Source: a virus. Taken from it: 48,935 nucleotides of DNA. Each line of letters opens with the position of its first letter. Positions within the stretch are counted from its first letter, which is position 1. The notes beneath the pieces were generated by a model. It saw only the letters and a list, made by a program, of their open reading frames with translations. It did no database searches and was not told the DNA's origin. This document shows positions 1-9,780 of this stretch, piece after piece. A program made the position numbers and the translations under genes. The stretch is taken from the UHGV virus genome UHGV-1375816, one strand, 5' to 3'.

Positions 1-147
1 CTACATTTATATTATATATTATATACTTTCTATTACTACTAATTACTATTTTATAGGGGTATAGGGGTAATAAGTAGTATAGTACTGAAAGTTAAAGAGT
101 TTTTGATACCCCGATGAAGTACCCCGAACGAGTTTCATCGGGGTATG
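1..147. repeat. 3' part of a ~300 bp imperfect direct repeat. The 5' part is 48785..48935, and the second copy is 14172..14477
   Basis: The AT-rich block 'ctacatttatattatatattatatactttctattactactaattactattttata', the GGGGTATAGGGGTAATAAG direct repeats and the hairpin all recur at 14328..14477. The window end (...tataaactatacattatgtattata) recurs at 14290..14330, contiguous with that copy. Confidence 0.85.
109..143. other. 10-bp-stem hairpin (ccccgatgaa N15 ttcatcgggg) inside the repeat, with no U-tract after it
   Basis: The inverted repeat was read directly. The copy at 14436..14471 keeps the pairing with substitutions. Confidence 0.6.
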
Positions 148-177
148 TGGCAATGACGGGTCAGTCATGGTAGAATC
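145..177 (+). promoter_or_regulatory. Candidate extended -10 promoter (TGgTAGAAT at 168..176) upstream of terS
   Basis: TG-n-TAGAAT lies 34 nt upstream of ATG 210. The -35 is weak (atGACGgg). Confidence 0.35.
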
Positions 178-209
178 GTGGCATTAGAGACAATAACGTG
201 GGGACTATC

Positions 210-626
210 ATGGCAAGACCACTTAACGAATTCGGCGTTACCGAACAGCAGGAGAAATTCTGCCGCGTCTTCGTTGAGACGGGGAACGCATCTGAGGCTT
301 ATCGTCAGTCTTACAAATCTGACCGTAAGAATGCGAACACTATCGCTGTGGACGCATCACGCCTACTCGATAAGCCCAATGTTAACCGTAGAATTGGTCA
401 ACTGCGTGAAGGACACATCAAACGCCATAACGTGACAGTTGATTCACTCATTGCCGAACTGGAAGAGGCGCGCATTGCCGCTCTGACCGCCGACACTGTG
501 CAAGCGTCTGCAGCAACCAGTGCGACGATGGGCAAGGCGAAACTCCTGGGACTGGATAAGCAACTCATCGAACTGAGTGGCGAAGTGGGCATCCGCAAAA
601 CACTGGACGATTTTTACGGTGACTAA
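210..626 (+). CDS. Terminase small subunit (HTH-type)
   Basis: The N-terminus MARPLNEFGVTEQQEKFCRVFVETGNASEAYRQSY is typical of Terminase_2-like small subunits. The gene lies immediately upstream of the large subunit. Start ATG 210 has a GGGGA RBS, and the ORF track's GTG 198 start is upstream. Confidence 0.7.
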   Translation: MARPLNEFGVTEQQEKFCRVFVETGNASEAYRQSYKSDRKNANTIAVDASRLLDKPNVNRRIGQLREGHIKRHNVTVDSLIAELEEARIAALTADTVQASAATSATMGKAKLLGLDKQLIELSGEVGIRKTLDDFYGD

Positions 627-2004
627 TCCAACGCTTAACCCGGCACTACGGGACTTCTGGAAAACGCGTACAGCGCCTGATGGACAGCGTGTACGCTTTC
701 GCACGTTGTACGGCGGCCGTATGTCGTCGAAGTCTCACGATGCCGCAGGTGTGGCCATAGCGCGTGCCAATTTCATGGAACAGCGTTTCCTGTGCTTGCG
801 TATGTACCAGAACCGTATCGCTGATTCGGTATATACACTGCTGAAAGACAAAATTAGTTATTTCGGACTGGATAAGAATTTCAAAATTTATGCGGATGCT
901 ATTGAGCATAAAACTAATGGTTCATTATTTCGCTTTTACGGTATGGCTCGTAATATCGACGAAATTAAATCATTTGAAAAAGCATCTGTAGCATGGATTG
1001 AAGAGGCACATAATTTAACGGAAGATATGTTTGCCACAATTCGTCCGACAATTATGCGTAACGAAGATGCAGAAATATGGGTTACATTTAACCCGCGTCT
1101 CGCAACTGATTTTGCATATAAACGTCTCGTATTAAATCCGCCAGCTGGGACTATTACTCGTTTAATTAATTATGACGAGAATCCATTTTTGTCTGCTACA
1201 GCTCTGGCCGATATTGAATCAGCTAAGGCCGAAGATTTCGAAGAATACCAGCATATTTATCTTGGCGTACCGCGTGACAACGATGACCGTGTGGTTATCA
1301 AGCGTTCCTGGCTTCAGGCCGCTATTGATGCTCACAAGAAAGTTGGCGGCAACTGGTTCGGTGGTAAAACTGTTGGTTACGACGTCGCTGACTCCGGCGA
1401 CGATAAAAACGCATCGACCACGATGGACGGCAGCGTGTGTATCGGACTGGACGAGTGGAAAGGTGGCGAGGATGAACTGCGCGAATCAGCAATGCGTGTC
1501 AAACTTACCGCAGAACGCGCTGGAGCGTCCCACATTGGCTACGACAGTATCGGGGTAGGCGCTGGTACAGGCTCGCACCTGAACGCTGCAGGATGGCACA
1601 GACACTTCAAATTCAATGCGGGCGGCAAGGTGTCTGACCCGAAAAAGAAATACGGCGATACCCGCATCAACAATGAAGATTTCTTTGCCAACCTGAAAGC
1701 ACAGACATGGTGGCTCACTGCTGACCGGTTCCGTAATACGTACCTGGCTGTCACAAAGGGTCGGGAGTTTCCGGTTGACCAGATGATTAGCCTGTCAAGT
1801 GATATCGATACGAAACTGCTGGACAAACTCATCGATGAGTTATCTACACCAATGCGCGACTTCGACAATAGTGGTAAAGTCAAGGTTGAAAGTAAAAAAG
1901 ATTTGGCAAAACGAGACATCATGTCGCCAAACATCGCGGATAGCTTCATTATTGCTAACTCTCGTGGTCTGCTTGCGCGTCGAACAGCGTCGGAGATTTT
2001 ATAA
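619..2004 (+). CDS. Terminase large subunit (ATPase + nuclease)
   Basis: A Walker-A-like YGGRMSSKS motif, then an acidic nuclease-domain stretch (DVADSGDD..GYDSIGVGAG). GTG 619 overlaps the terS stop (GTGACTAA). GTG 577 is an alternative start. Confidence 0.88.
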   Translation: MTNPTLNPALRDFWKTRTAPDGQRVRFRTLYGGRMSSKSHDAAGVAIARANFMEQRFLCLRMYQNRIADSVYTLLKDKISYFGLDKNFKIYADAIEHKTNGSLFRFYGMARNIDEIKSFEKASVAWIEEAHNLTEDMFATIRPTIMRNEDAEIWVTFNPRLATDFAYKRLVLNPPAGTITRLINYDENPFLSATALADIESAKAEDFEEYQHIYLGVPRDNDDRVVIKRSWLQAAIDAHKKVGGNWFGGKTVGYDVADSGDDKNASTTMDGSVCIGLDEWKGGEDELRESAMRVKLTAERAGASHIGYDSIGVGAGTGSHLNAAGWHRHFKFNAGGKVSDPKKKYGDTRINNEDFFANLKAQTWWLTADRFRNTYLAVTKGREFPVDQMISLSSDIDTKLLDKLIDELSTPMRDFDNSGKVKVESKKDLAKRDIMSPNIADSFIIANSRGLLARRTASEIL

Positions 2005-2006
2005 AC

Positions 2007-3419
2007 ATGGCTAAGGCTGCTAAAACAAACCTTCATCTCATGCCCGCCCGGACTACCGACGGACTGGTAAACGTCGTGTCTGGTCTTGGAACGTGGAAAG
2101 CGAAACGCTCTCATAACATGTTCACATACGCCAATTTAGGCGACTGGAAATCCCTGGACAATGCCTACCAATCAAACTGGCTGGCCCGTCAGATTGTGGA
2201 AATACCCGCAGAAGACATGTGCCGCGAGTGGCGCACCATCAAGTGCAAGGAAGCCGATGACATTCGCATCGAAGAAGACCGTCTGATGATAGCTGCCAAC
2301 GTGCAGGAGGCTGTCACATGGGCGCGTCTGTATGGTGGCGGTGGTATTCTCATGCTGACCGGGCAGGACCTGTCAAAGCCGCTCGACGTGCGCCGTATTC
2401 GCAAAGGTGATTTGAAGCGTTGTATCGTGTTTGACCGTCACGACATGTCACCGCTCACCCTGAACACCTGGGACATTCTGGCACCTAACTACATGATGCC
2501 GGAGTATTACACCATTACCGGCGGCGGTCAGCAAATCCACTGGACCCATTTTGCGCGCTTCAATGGTAAGCGTTTGCCGCGTCGCCAGATGGTCCAGACT
2601 CAGGGATGGGGTGACAGTGAGTTACGCGTGTGCCTCGATGACATCATGGACATGGTTGCATCGAAGGACGGTATTGCGGAACTGATGCAGGAAGCCAACG
2701 TTGATGTGGTCAAACGTGAAGGATTATCCGATGAGTTAGCCAGCGACCAGGATGACGCAATTGTGTCGCGTTACACCCTGTTCAGTCAGATGAAGTCACT
2801 GGTGCAAATGGCTCTGCTTGACGGTGATGAGTCATACGAACGTAAGACGCTCGACCTGGGCGGTGTTGCGCCAGTGCTTGAGACGTTCATGACGTGGATT
2901 AGTGGTGCGGCCGATATTCCTGTTACGCGCCTGTTCGGTACTTCAGCCAAAGGTTTAAACGCCACGGGTGAAGGAGACATGAACAACTACAACAACTCCA
3001 TCCGCTCTAAACAGCTGACACAGGTTGACCCGGGGTTGCGCCAGCTTGATGAGGTGCTGGTACGTAGCGCACTGGGTTACTGGCCTGACGACTTTAACTA
3101 TGAGTGGCGACCACTCGCACAGCCTAATGAATTGCAGATTGCCCAAGCTGCCAAAATCCGCGCCGATAAGGATTTAGCATATCTAGCAGAGGGAATAGTA
3201 AGACCGTCACAAATCATGCGCAATCTCGAATCGTCTGAAGAATATCAGTTTGAAGATGGTGAAATAGATAAACAGGCTTCGGTGGAGTCAGATTACGTTG
3301 CGTCTCCCCCTGACGATGAACCAAAGCTCACCGAACAACAGGATGCGTTCTGGATACGCTATAACCAGTACGTGACAGATGGTCTGTCTCATGATGAGAT
3401 AATGGCAAAACTATCCTAA
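2007..3419 (+). CDS. Portal protein
   Basis: 470 aa immediately after terL. Size, position and acidic C-terminus fit portal proteins. Confidence 0.8.
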   Translation: MAKAAKTNLHLMPARTTDGLVNVVSGLGTWKAKRSHNMFTYANLGDWKSLDNAYQSNWLARQIVEIPAEDMCREWRTIKCKEADDIRIEEDRLMIAANVQEAVTWARLYGGGGILMLTGQDLSKPLDVRRIRKGDLKRCIVFDRHDMSPLTLNTWDILAPNYMMPEYYTITGGGQQIHWTHFARFNGKRLPRRQMVQTQGWGDSELRVCLDDIMDMVASKDGIAELMQEANVDVVKREGLSDELASDQDDAIVSRYTLFSQMKSLVQMALLDGDESYERKTLDLGGVAPVLETFMTWISGAADIPVTRLFGTSAKGLNATGEGDMNNYNNSIRSKQLTQVDPGLRQLDEVLVRSALGYWPDDFNYEWRPLAQPNELQIAQAAKIRADKDLAYLAEGIVRPSQIMRNLESSEEYQFEDGEIDKQASVESDYVASPPDDEPKLTEQQDAFWIRYNQYVTDGLSHDEIMAKLS

Positions 3420-4031
3420 TCTACCCGAGATGTACCTCGCGTACAGTCTCGAAGCGGTACATCTCGGGTATCTTTTGAAGAAGTAGAAGTATGCTTCTTG
3501 ATCGAATTTATTACCTTTCGAACGATTTATTTCTCTCGGCAATAGGCAGAGATTTTCCGAAGTATGTAACCCTCTGACATCCACGCCGCGCAACGGAATG
3601 ATGTGGTCCACTTCGAGGTTACCGCTAAGTAACTTTGCGTATCGGTATAGTTGTGAATAGACTTTTTCTACATCTTCACCGATTGAGGCCTGTATTAAGT
3701 TCGCTCTTCTTTTGACCACTCTGGTCGCAAACTTATCCTTGTTGGCAAGATAATGTCTTTTTGATTTATTGGCATACTTCTCAGGATTTTTTCTTTGCCA
3801 ATCAATCACCCTTTCAGTAATGACGTCTTTGTTTTGTTTGTAATACTCCTCTCTATACTGTGAAACTTTTTCTACGTTCTCAGATTGCCATTTCTTGTTG
3901 TATTGGGAAGTATGTGACCGATTCTGTTCGTTCCACTTTCTCTTGTACTCTTTTCGCATCTCTTTCCATTCTGAAATTCTAAGAGCATACTCGCTGTCTG
4001 TTTCGGTTTCTTTTTGCTTTGGTTTACTCAT
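3411..4031 (-). CDS. HNH endonuclease
   Basis: HNH motif VDHIIPLRGVDVRGLHTSENLCLLPREINRSKGNK. Lys/Glu-rich N-terminus. Inserted between the portal and Mu-F-like genes. Confidence 0.8.
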   Translation of the reverse strand: MSKPKQKETETDSEYALRISEWKEMRKEYKRKWNEQNRSHTSQYNKKWQSENVEKVSQYREEYYKQNKDVITERVIDWQRKNPEKYANKSKRHYLANKDKFATRVVKRRANLIQASIGEDVEKVYSQLYRYAKLLSGNLEVDHIIPLRGVDVRGLHTSENLCLLPREINRSKGNKFDQEAYFYFFKRYPRCTASRLYARYISGRLG

Positions 4032-4099
4032 CTCTCATCTCCTGTGATAATATTTAACTAACACGTACACTCTACACCATACTGACGAGGCCGTCAAGC

Positions 4100-4861
4100 A
4101 TGTCACGACAAACAGAACTAAATTATTATCGTCAGCTGAAACAGGTTGCTCAGCTTGTTCGTGAGGATGTGGACACCAACATTGTACCACTGGTGAAACA
4201 GCTTGCGCCGGAGTACACCGCTGACGGCTGGAGTGACACTATTACCTCGGCAATTAACCAGTTGCTCACACGGTGGCTCGGTGCGTTTGCTCGTCGTCAG
4301 GCCGAAACCATCGCGTCACAGTTTGTACAGACTGCGGCAAAGGATAACGCCCGTTCATTCGCTATCAATCTGTACGGCGGCGATACGCAGTTGCAGGAAT
4401 ATCTGAGCGCAGCATCGTATCAAAATGCTAAACTTATTCAGTCCATTCCGGCTCAGTATCTGGAGCAGGTGCAGAACATTGTCATGACCAACATGCGTAA
4501 CGGTATGCGCCCCAGTTACATCGAGGAGGCACTCGTTAAACAATTTGGTATCACAGAACGTCGCGCCAAATTAATTGCCAGGGACCAGACCAGTAAAATA
4601 CAGGGCGACATGAACCGCATCCGTCAGACAAACAGTGGTATTGAGTATTTCAAATGGATAACGTCACAGGATGAACGGGTACGTCACAGTCATGTTGAAG
4701 TTGCGAAGCGTGATGTGGGATTCGGTGAAGGTGTATTTAAGTGGTCAGATTTACCGGTTGTCGACGGTGTACCAACGTTTCCGGGTCAGCCAATAAATTG
4801 CCGATGCATCAGTAGGCCGGTAACATCGGCAGCGGTAGAGCGGTATAAGGCTAAGAAGTAA
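4100..4861 (+). CDS. Head morphogenesis protein (Mu gpF / SPP1 gp7-like)
   Basis: Position after the portal. The C-terminal ...NCRCIS motif is typical of Phage_Mu_F. Confidence 0.75.
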   Translation: MSRQTELNYYRQLKQVAQLVREDVDTNIVPLVKQLAPEYTADGWSDTITSAINQLLTRWLGAFARRQAETIASQFVQTAAKDNARSFAINLYGGDTQLQEYLSAASYQNAKLIQSIPAQYLEQVQNIVMTNMRNGMRPSYIEEALVKQFGITERRAKLIARDQTSKIQGDMNRIRQTNSGIEYFKWITSQDERVRHSHVEVAKRDVGFGEGVFKWSDLPVVDGVPTFPGQPINCRCISRPVTSAAVERYKAKK

Positions 4862-5051
4862 CCTTATTGACAAGTCGGTCCATCGCTATCCAGCGTTTGG
4901 CTGCGTATCCCGTGGTCAGGTTATGACCGGTGAACTCCACGATATCTTCGAGGAAGTTCAGTTTGATGTTTGTCACGGTGATAATACCGTCCACATCGAT
5001 AAATTTGTCATTGTTGCGGAGCGTTACCGCTTTGACAGGTTTATAGTTCAT
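4851..5051 (-). CDS. Hypothetical small protein
   Basis: Member of a tightly packed minus-strand gene run with start/stop overlaps. Confidence 0.4.
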   Translation of the reverse strand: MNYKPVKAVTLRNNDKFIDVDGIITVTNIKLNFLEDIVEFTGHNLTTGYAAKRWIAMDRLVNKVTS

Positions 5052-5200
5052 TTTCCATACGCCTCACGTAACACAGCGTTAGCGAGCGCCCAACCTTCAT
5101 GCTTACGTGCAAGCTGTTGTGCGACCTTTAACAGTTCTTTATTGACAATGCGCGCCTCTGATACGGGGCGGTTGTAGCCGGGAAGTAACGTGTTATTCAT
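5048..5200 (-). CDS. Hypothetical small protein (MNNTLLPGYNRPVSEARIVNKELLKVAQQLARKHEGWALANAVLREAYGK)
   Basis: GGGAG RBS 7 nt before ATG 5200. The ORF track extends it to 5239. Confidence 0.4.
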   Translation of the reverse strand: MNNTLLPGYNRPVSEARIVNKELLKVAQQLARKHEGWALANAVLREAYGK

Positions 5201-5399
5201 TGACAAACTCCCATGATGCGTCATCGTCGAGGTGCTCACATTTAAACTCTGAGTTCACGGTGCAGATTGTAATCAGGTCGCCCTCATCGTCAACAATATC
5301 ACCCCTTTCCAATCCCGGTGAATATGGTTTGAAATCATAATGCTTACCGTTGGTTAAGTAATCGCAGTCAGCCGGCACGTTGTTGGTAAATACTTTCAT
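5193..5399 (-). CDS. Hypothetical acidic small protein
   Basis: GAGAGGG RBS before ATG 5399. A palindromic promoter lies upstream. Confidence 0.5.
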   Translation of the reverse strand: MKVFTNNVPADCDYLTNGKHYDFKPYSPGLERGDIVDDEGDLITICTVNSEFKCEHLDDDASWEFVNE

Positions 5400-5424
5400 C
5401 TCTCAAACCCTCTCTGTTGTTGAT

Positions 5425-5460
5425 GAACTGAGTATACGTCATCCCTGACGAACTCGTCAA
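5425..5460 (-). promoter_or_regulatory. Promoter with palindromic -35 (TTGACGAGTTCGTCAG), an 18-nt spacer and TATACT -10
   Basis: Reverse complement of 5431..5460. Member of the TTGACG-N4-CGTCAA family. Confidence 0.55.
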
Positions 5461-5466
5461 ATTAAA

Positions 5467-5667
5467 TCACTCCTGCGGCGGGTCGGGTAATGGTTGCCAG
5501 TGGGTTACAAACCCGCCATTTTCGCTTTCAACCCACCACCGGTCGCCATTCCACGAACAGTTCCATTGATAGTGTGATTTCCCCAGGTCATTTTGCTCTT
5601 CCACATAGCACCAGTAACGGCCGGCATCTTCAGGCAATCTATCACTACATTTAATCCAGTCTGCCAT
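5467..5667 (-). CDS. DUF551-like protein
   Basis: MADWIKCSDRLPEDAGRYWCYVEE...WQPLPDPP is the characteristic DUF551 pattern of enterobacterial phages. Confidence 0.6.
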   Translation of the reverse strand: MADWIKCSDRLPEDAGRYWCYVEEQNDLGKSHYQWNCSWNGDRWWVESENGGFVTHWQPLPDPPQE

Positions 5668-5854
5668 ACAATGTCCCCACTCGTTTCAAATCGCGCTGCG
5701 CGTGACAGCTGTAATTACCATCGTCCCATTTGACCCAGTACTGCGGCGGGTCATTTGCAACAACATTTTCAACAGTGCCGGTCACGACACCATCGGGGAA
5801 TAACTTCACAAGTGTCCCGGTTGGGTAGCGTGGTATCATATGTAAAACTCCCAC
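5651..5854 (-). CDS. Hypothetical protein
   Basis: ORF in the minus-strand run, in compact arrangement with its neighbours. Confidence 0.4.
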   Translation of the reverse strand: MGVLHMIPRYPTGTLVKLFPDGVVTGTVENVVANDPPQYWVKWDDGNYSCHAQRDLKRVGTLYGRLD

Positions 5855-5969
5855 GCATCATTTAACGCTTTTAACACGTTACATACCCGTTCCGCTTCGG
5901 CCCGACTGTCATAAAGACCAAATACGAGTGTAGTACCACTACTTCTGAGTTTCATGTAAACAGGCATAA

Positions 5970-6155
5970 TCACTCACCCTCGTATAACGGTTTCAGTTGA
6001 TACCCGAACATAACAGCGTTGTTATGCGCCACACTACCCGCGCGGACCAGATATGTCGTACCACGGTTGGTTGTCACTTCGTATGCGTATGGTTTTAAAA
6101 TGGTGTCGATTTTATCTAATTCAGTTTCACATTGGGCGATGAAATCGTTACTCAT
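5970..6155 (-). CDS. Hypothetical protein
   Basis: ORF whose stop abuts the HNH gene start. Confidence 0.4.
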   Translation of the reverse strand: MSNDFIAQCETELDKIDTILKPYAYEVTTNRGTTYLVRAGSVAHNNAVMFGYQLKPLYEGE

Positions 6156-6838
6156 TACTCGTTCTCCAGTTCATTAATAGGGTACGGAACGTCCGTTCCA
6201 TACTCATCACGATATGCTTTCTCTACGATTTGAAACGCTTCAGACTCGGTTTCAAATTTCCCTAAAACTTTATATTCTCCGTTTGATAATGTTAATCTAG
6301 CTCCCCATTTCCCTGTCTTTTTATCTAAACTTACGTGTTTGAAGTTACTACTACCATTCAATTTCTTTCTTGAGTTTCTACTCTGTGTTTTGCGATTTGC
6401 CCATCTACAGTTTCCCGGCTCGTAATTTCCATTTGTATCAATTCTATCAATTGAAAACCCATACGGTCTGATACCCATATCCGCAATGAATACCAAAGGG
6501 TCATGCCATCTCTCACACACCGTGATGCCCCTCCCTCCGTAATTCTGGAACCCCGTGGCATTTTCGTTGTAGCAGCGATACATCATGTTCATCCACGATG
6601 AGTATTCATAGGTATTGGATACGCCGTGTTTAGTGTAGGGTGGATTCTCATATGCTTCCTTTCGTAAGCACCCACAGGATTTTTTCTTACCACGTATTAC
6701 GTTTGATACATGTGTTGTTATTTCAGTCCCACAATCACAAATGAAAACTCCCTGCTGCGAACCTTTGAGTGATGGTGAACTTTTCAAAAATGTCAAACGT
6801 GTAAATTTATCTCCCGGTTTTATTTTGGACATCTGCAT
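6155..6838 (-). CDS. HNH-family homing endonuclease with N-terminal Cys4 zinc finger (HNH_3/AP2-like). Paralogue of 39641..40306
   Basis: CDCG..CGC zinc finger, YGGRGITVCERW and IDRIDTNGNYEPGNCRWANRKTQSRN. GAGGA RBS. Confidence 0.75.
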   Translation of the reverse strand: MQMSKIKPGDKFTRLTFLKSSPSLKGSQQGVFICDCGTEITTHVSNVIRGKKKSCGCLRKEAYENPPYTKHGVSNTYEYSSWMNMMYRCYNENATGFQNYGGRGITVCERWHDPLVFIADMGIRPYGFSIDRIDTNGNYEPGNCRWANRKTQSRNSRKKLNGSSNFKHVSLDKKTGKWGARLTLSNGEYKVLGKFETESEAFQIVEKAYRDEYGTDVPYPINELENE

Positions 6839-7049
6839 TCAATTCCTCGATAAGACGATTCAGATACCATTGTGCCTTCCTTATACTTTCAAGTCCACCT
6901 TTTTCTTCATAGCGCCACAGATATTTAACGACATTCGCCACACATACCGCCTCGATACCGGTTTTACCAACGGTGGCGGCCTTAATAGCGTCGATACATT
7001 CGATACTACCTTGTGTGTAGTGTGACGGATGGTTGACCATGTCGGTCAT
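6807..7049 (-). CDS. DUF3310-like protein
   Basis: MTDMVNHPSHYTQGSIECIDAI... with the NHPSHY motif. GGAGA RBS before ATG 7049. The ORF track start at 7148 is probably too long. Confidence 0.55.
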   Translation of the reverse strand: MTDMVNHPSHYTQGSIECIDAIKAATVGKTGIEAVCVANVVKYLWRYEEKGGLESIRKAQWYLNRLIEELNADVQNKTGR

Positions 7050-7125
7050 GTTGTATCTCCTCTGAAATATATGTATCATGTGTTTAACGATTATCACTAT
7101 GGCATACTCTGACGGACTCGTCAAC

Positions 7126-8220
7126 ATGCAAATCACCGTAACACACAATGACCGTAAAAGTTTCGCACTGAATTCCCAACGTGTTTACACGGATGAGGGA
7201 TTCCTGCGTGTGCCGGGTAAAGCCGCTCGTACTGGTATTCAGGAATATCTCGCTTCGGAACTGGGACTGAAAGACCGCGCACCGAACGACATTATCCGTG
7301 TATACCGTCCCGCCGAAGAAGTGTTTAACGATGAATCACTTCAAAGCTATCTCGGCGCAGATGTCACGAATAACCATCCTCCTACGCTTGTCAATGCTTC
7401 CACGTACCGTAACACTTCCGTTGGTGTTGTAACGAGTGTTGGTCGTCAGGATGGCGATTTTGTCATTGTGGATATGGTTATCAAGGATAAAGACGCGATT
7501 AAGGCTGTCGAAACCGGTAAGTGTGAGTTGTCAGCGGGTTACACGGCGGTGTATGATGACACACCAGGGACAACGCCGGAAGGTGAACCATACGACTTCC
7601 GACAGACTCAGATTAAAATTAACCACGTTGCAATTGTTGACCGTGCTCGTGCGGGTGCAATGGCGCGTATCTTCGATAATATGGAGAAAAAACCCATGTA
7701 TCAAATCACCACTGACACCGGGCTAAAAGTTGATGTGGCGGATGCTGCGGTGGTAGACGCGTTCAAACGCTTAGAACAGCGTGTCAGTGACGCCGAAGCC
7801 GCCAAAGAAACCGTACAGGCCCAACTCGACGCAGCACTGGAACAGGTTGCCGACCTGACCACCAAATGCAGCGACGAAGCCCTGAAAGCACGCGTGGAAG
7901 CAATTGCACGTGTTACCACCTCAGCGCGTAAAGTTGCTGGCGATGAATTCACCTGTGACAGCATGGACCCGGTTGCAATCAAACGTGCCGCTCTTGCTGT
8001 TAAACGTCCGTCTGTTGACTGGGCTGAAAAATCTACCGCCTATGTTGAAGCCGCTTTCGACATGGCTGTGGAAGAACCGGTGAAACCTGTGGTAGACTCA
8101 CAGCTTGAGCAACTGGCTAAAGATGGCGCTAAAGACATCAAACAGCCGGTAGCCGACGCAAAACCTGTACTGTCCCGCGCACAAGAAGCACTGCTGCGTC
8201 AGACTGGTAAACTTAAATAA
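7126..8220 (+). CDS. Scaffolding protein (DUF2213-like N-terminal domain + Ala/Glu-rich coiled coil)
   Basis: The N-terminus has the DUF2213-like GFLRVPGKAARTGIQEY pattern. The C-terminal half is Ala/Glu-rich and the gene precedes the decoration and capsid genes. The start is uncertain (7078, 7099 or 7126); 7126 directly follows the palindromic site. Confidence 0.5.
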   Translation: MQITVTHNDRKSFALNSQRVYTDEGFLRVPGKAARTGIQEYLASELGLKDRAPNDIIRVYRPAEEVFNDESLQSYLGADVTNNHPPTLVNASTYRNTSVGVVTSVGRQDGDFVIVDMVIKDKDAIKAVETGKCELSAGYTAVYDDTPGTTPEGEPYDFRQTQIKINHVAIVDRARAGAMARIFDNMEKKPMYQITTDTGLKVDVADAAVVDAFKRLEQRVSDAEAAKETVQAQLDAALEQVADLTTKCSDEALKARVEAIARVTTSARKVAGDEFTCDSMDPVAIKRAALAVKRPSVDWAEKSTAYVEAAFDMAVEEPVKPVVDSQLEQLAKDGAKDIKQPVADAKPVLSRAQEALLRQTGKLK

Positions 8221-8231
8221 GGGTGACATAG

Positions 8232-8720
8232 ATGGCTATTACTGCAACCAGCTACGGTCTGAATCACGACGCAGCCTTTACCGGGATGGTCGCCGATGGA
8301 CAAGTAGCGAATATCGTTTCCAAAATTAACGATGACACCGCAACCGTCGCATATGGTAAAGGTGTTGTACGTAGCGGCGAGAAAGGCTTTAAGGCTGCGA
8401 CTGCCAGCTCCACAGCTGGCGACTTCGTGGGCGTACTGGTTCGTGAACTGAACCGCTCTTACGCTGACGGCGCAACTTTCGGTGCTCCGGTTGACCGTCC
8501 GGCATCTGTGCTCACCGCTGGCGTAATCTGGGTAACCGTGGCAGAAGACGTCAAGGCCGGTAACGCTGCATATCTGCGTGTTGGTGCGACTCAGACCGGT
8601 GATTTCGCTAACACAGAAGGTGCCGATGTGACTCTGTCGGTTGCCATTCCTGGCGCTAAATTCCTCACTGCCGCAGCATCCGGTGGTCTGGCTAAACTGT
8701 CTCTGGTTGTTGGGGGTTAA
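8232..8720 (+). CDS. Head decoration protein (candidate)
   Basis: 162 aa, Gly/Ala/Val-rich, directly upstream of the major capsid gene. Confidence 0.45.
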   Translation: MAITATSYGLNHDAAFTGMVADGQVANIVSKINDDTATVAYGKGVVRSGEKGFKAATASSTAGDFVGVLVRELNRSYADGATFGAPVDRPASVLTAGVIWVTVAEDVKAGNAAYLRVGATQTGDFANTEGADVTLSVAIPGAKFLTAAASGGLAKLSLVVGG

Positions 8721-8722
8721 TA

Positions 8723-9757
8723 ATGGATAAGTTAAACAGCGTTGTACTTGACGCACAGACTATCGCGGGCAACCCGTGGGTCAAACAGTATCTGGACGGT
8801 CAGAACGCCATCAACGTTCCGGCTGAATTCCGTGATGCTGACGGCGGTATCGCGTTCTATATCTCTCAGCTGGCACAGATTGAGCAGACTATCTATGAGA
8901 CGCCGTATGCGGATATCACCTATCTGCAGGACATCCCGGTTGTATCCGGCATCCCGGAACATGCGAACCACTGGGTGTATCGGAGCTTCGATGGGCGCAC
9001 TATTGGGAAGTTCATCGGCGCAAACGCATCCGACCTGCCGCGTGTTGCTCAGTCTGCGAAACTCCACACTGTACCTCTGAACTACGGCGGCATCGAGTGC
9101 CACTATAGTATTGACGAGCTGCGCACCACTGCGTCTCAGAACATGCCGATTGACACCATGCAGCAGCAGCTGGCATATCGTGGCTACGAAGAGCACAGTC
9201 AGAAAGTGGCTTACTTCGGTGACTCACAGCTGGGAATGGCCGGTCTGTTCAACAACTCGAATGTGACGACCACTTCGGCGACTGTTGACTACACCACCGC
9301 CACTGGTCAAGAGTTGTTCGACATGCTCAATGACCCACTGTTTGACATCATCAAACTGTCCAAAAATTTCCATGTTCCGAATACCGTCCGTGTGTTCCCG
9401 GACCTGTGGAAACGCATGAACAGCCTGCTGATGACTGGTTACTCCGACACCACCGTGATGGAGTTTTTCAAAACCAACAACGCGTACACTCTGATGACCG
9501 GTCAGGAAATCGACATCGCAATCCGTTTCCAGCTGACCGCTGCGGAACTGGCCGCAGGTGGTGTGTCCAACGGTTCAAAAGACCGTGTGTTCATCTACGA
9601 GAAGAACGACCGCAACCTGGGTGTTGCCAAGCCGATTCCTTTCCGTATGCTGGCACCGCAGAATAAGGGTCTGGCTGTAACTGTACCAGCAGAGTACAAA
9701 ATTTCAGGTGTGGAAATTCGCTATCCTTTGAGTGCGATCTACCTCGATATGCTGTAA
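8723..9757 (+). CDS. Major capsid protein
   Basis: 344 aa after scaffold and decoration, followed by a strong terminator. Composition fits HK97-fold coat proteins. Confidence 0.7.
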   Translation: MDKLNSVVLDAQTIAGNPWVKQYLDGQNAINVPAEFRDADGGIAFYISQLAQIEQTIYETPYADITYLQDIPVVSGIPEHANHWVYRSFDGRTIGKFIGANASDLPRVAQSAKLHTVPLNYGGIECHYSIDELRTTASQNMPIDTMQQQLAYRGYEEHSQKVAYFGDSQLGMAGLFNNSNVTTTSATVDYTTATGQELFDMLNDPLFDIIKLSKNFHVPNTVRVFPDLWKRMNSLLMTGYSDTTVMEFFKTNNAYTLMTGQEIDIAIRFQLTAAELAAGGVSNGSKDRVFIYEKNDRNLGVAKPIPFRMLAPQNKGLAVTVPAEYKISGVEIRYPLSAIYLDML

Positions 9758-9780
9758 TACCTACCCTCAGTAGCATCCCA

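Noticed and set aside
109-143. Intrinsic terminator within the large repeat
   Set aside because: Stable hairpin, but neither strand has a following U-tract. Recorded as a structural element only.
8199-8756. 185-aa minus-strand ORF antisense to the decoration gene, and similar long antisense ORFs (1539..2114, 41313..41874, 30324..30629, 36113..36520, 16147..16554)
   Set aside because: They lie fully inside well-supported genes on the other strand, have no RBS and Arg/Ser/Cys-rich shadow composition. They are treated as non-coding frame shadows.
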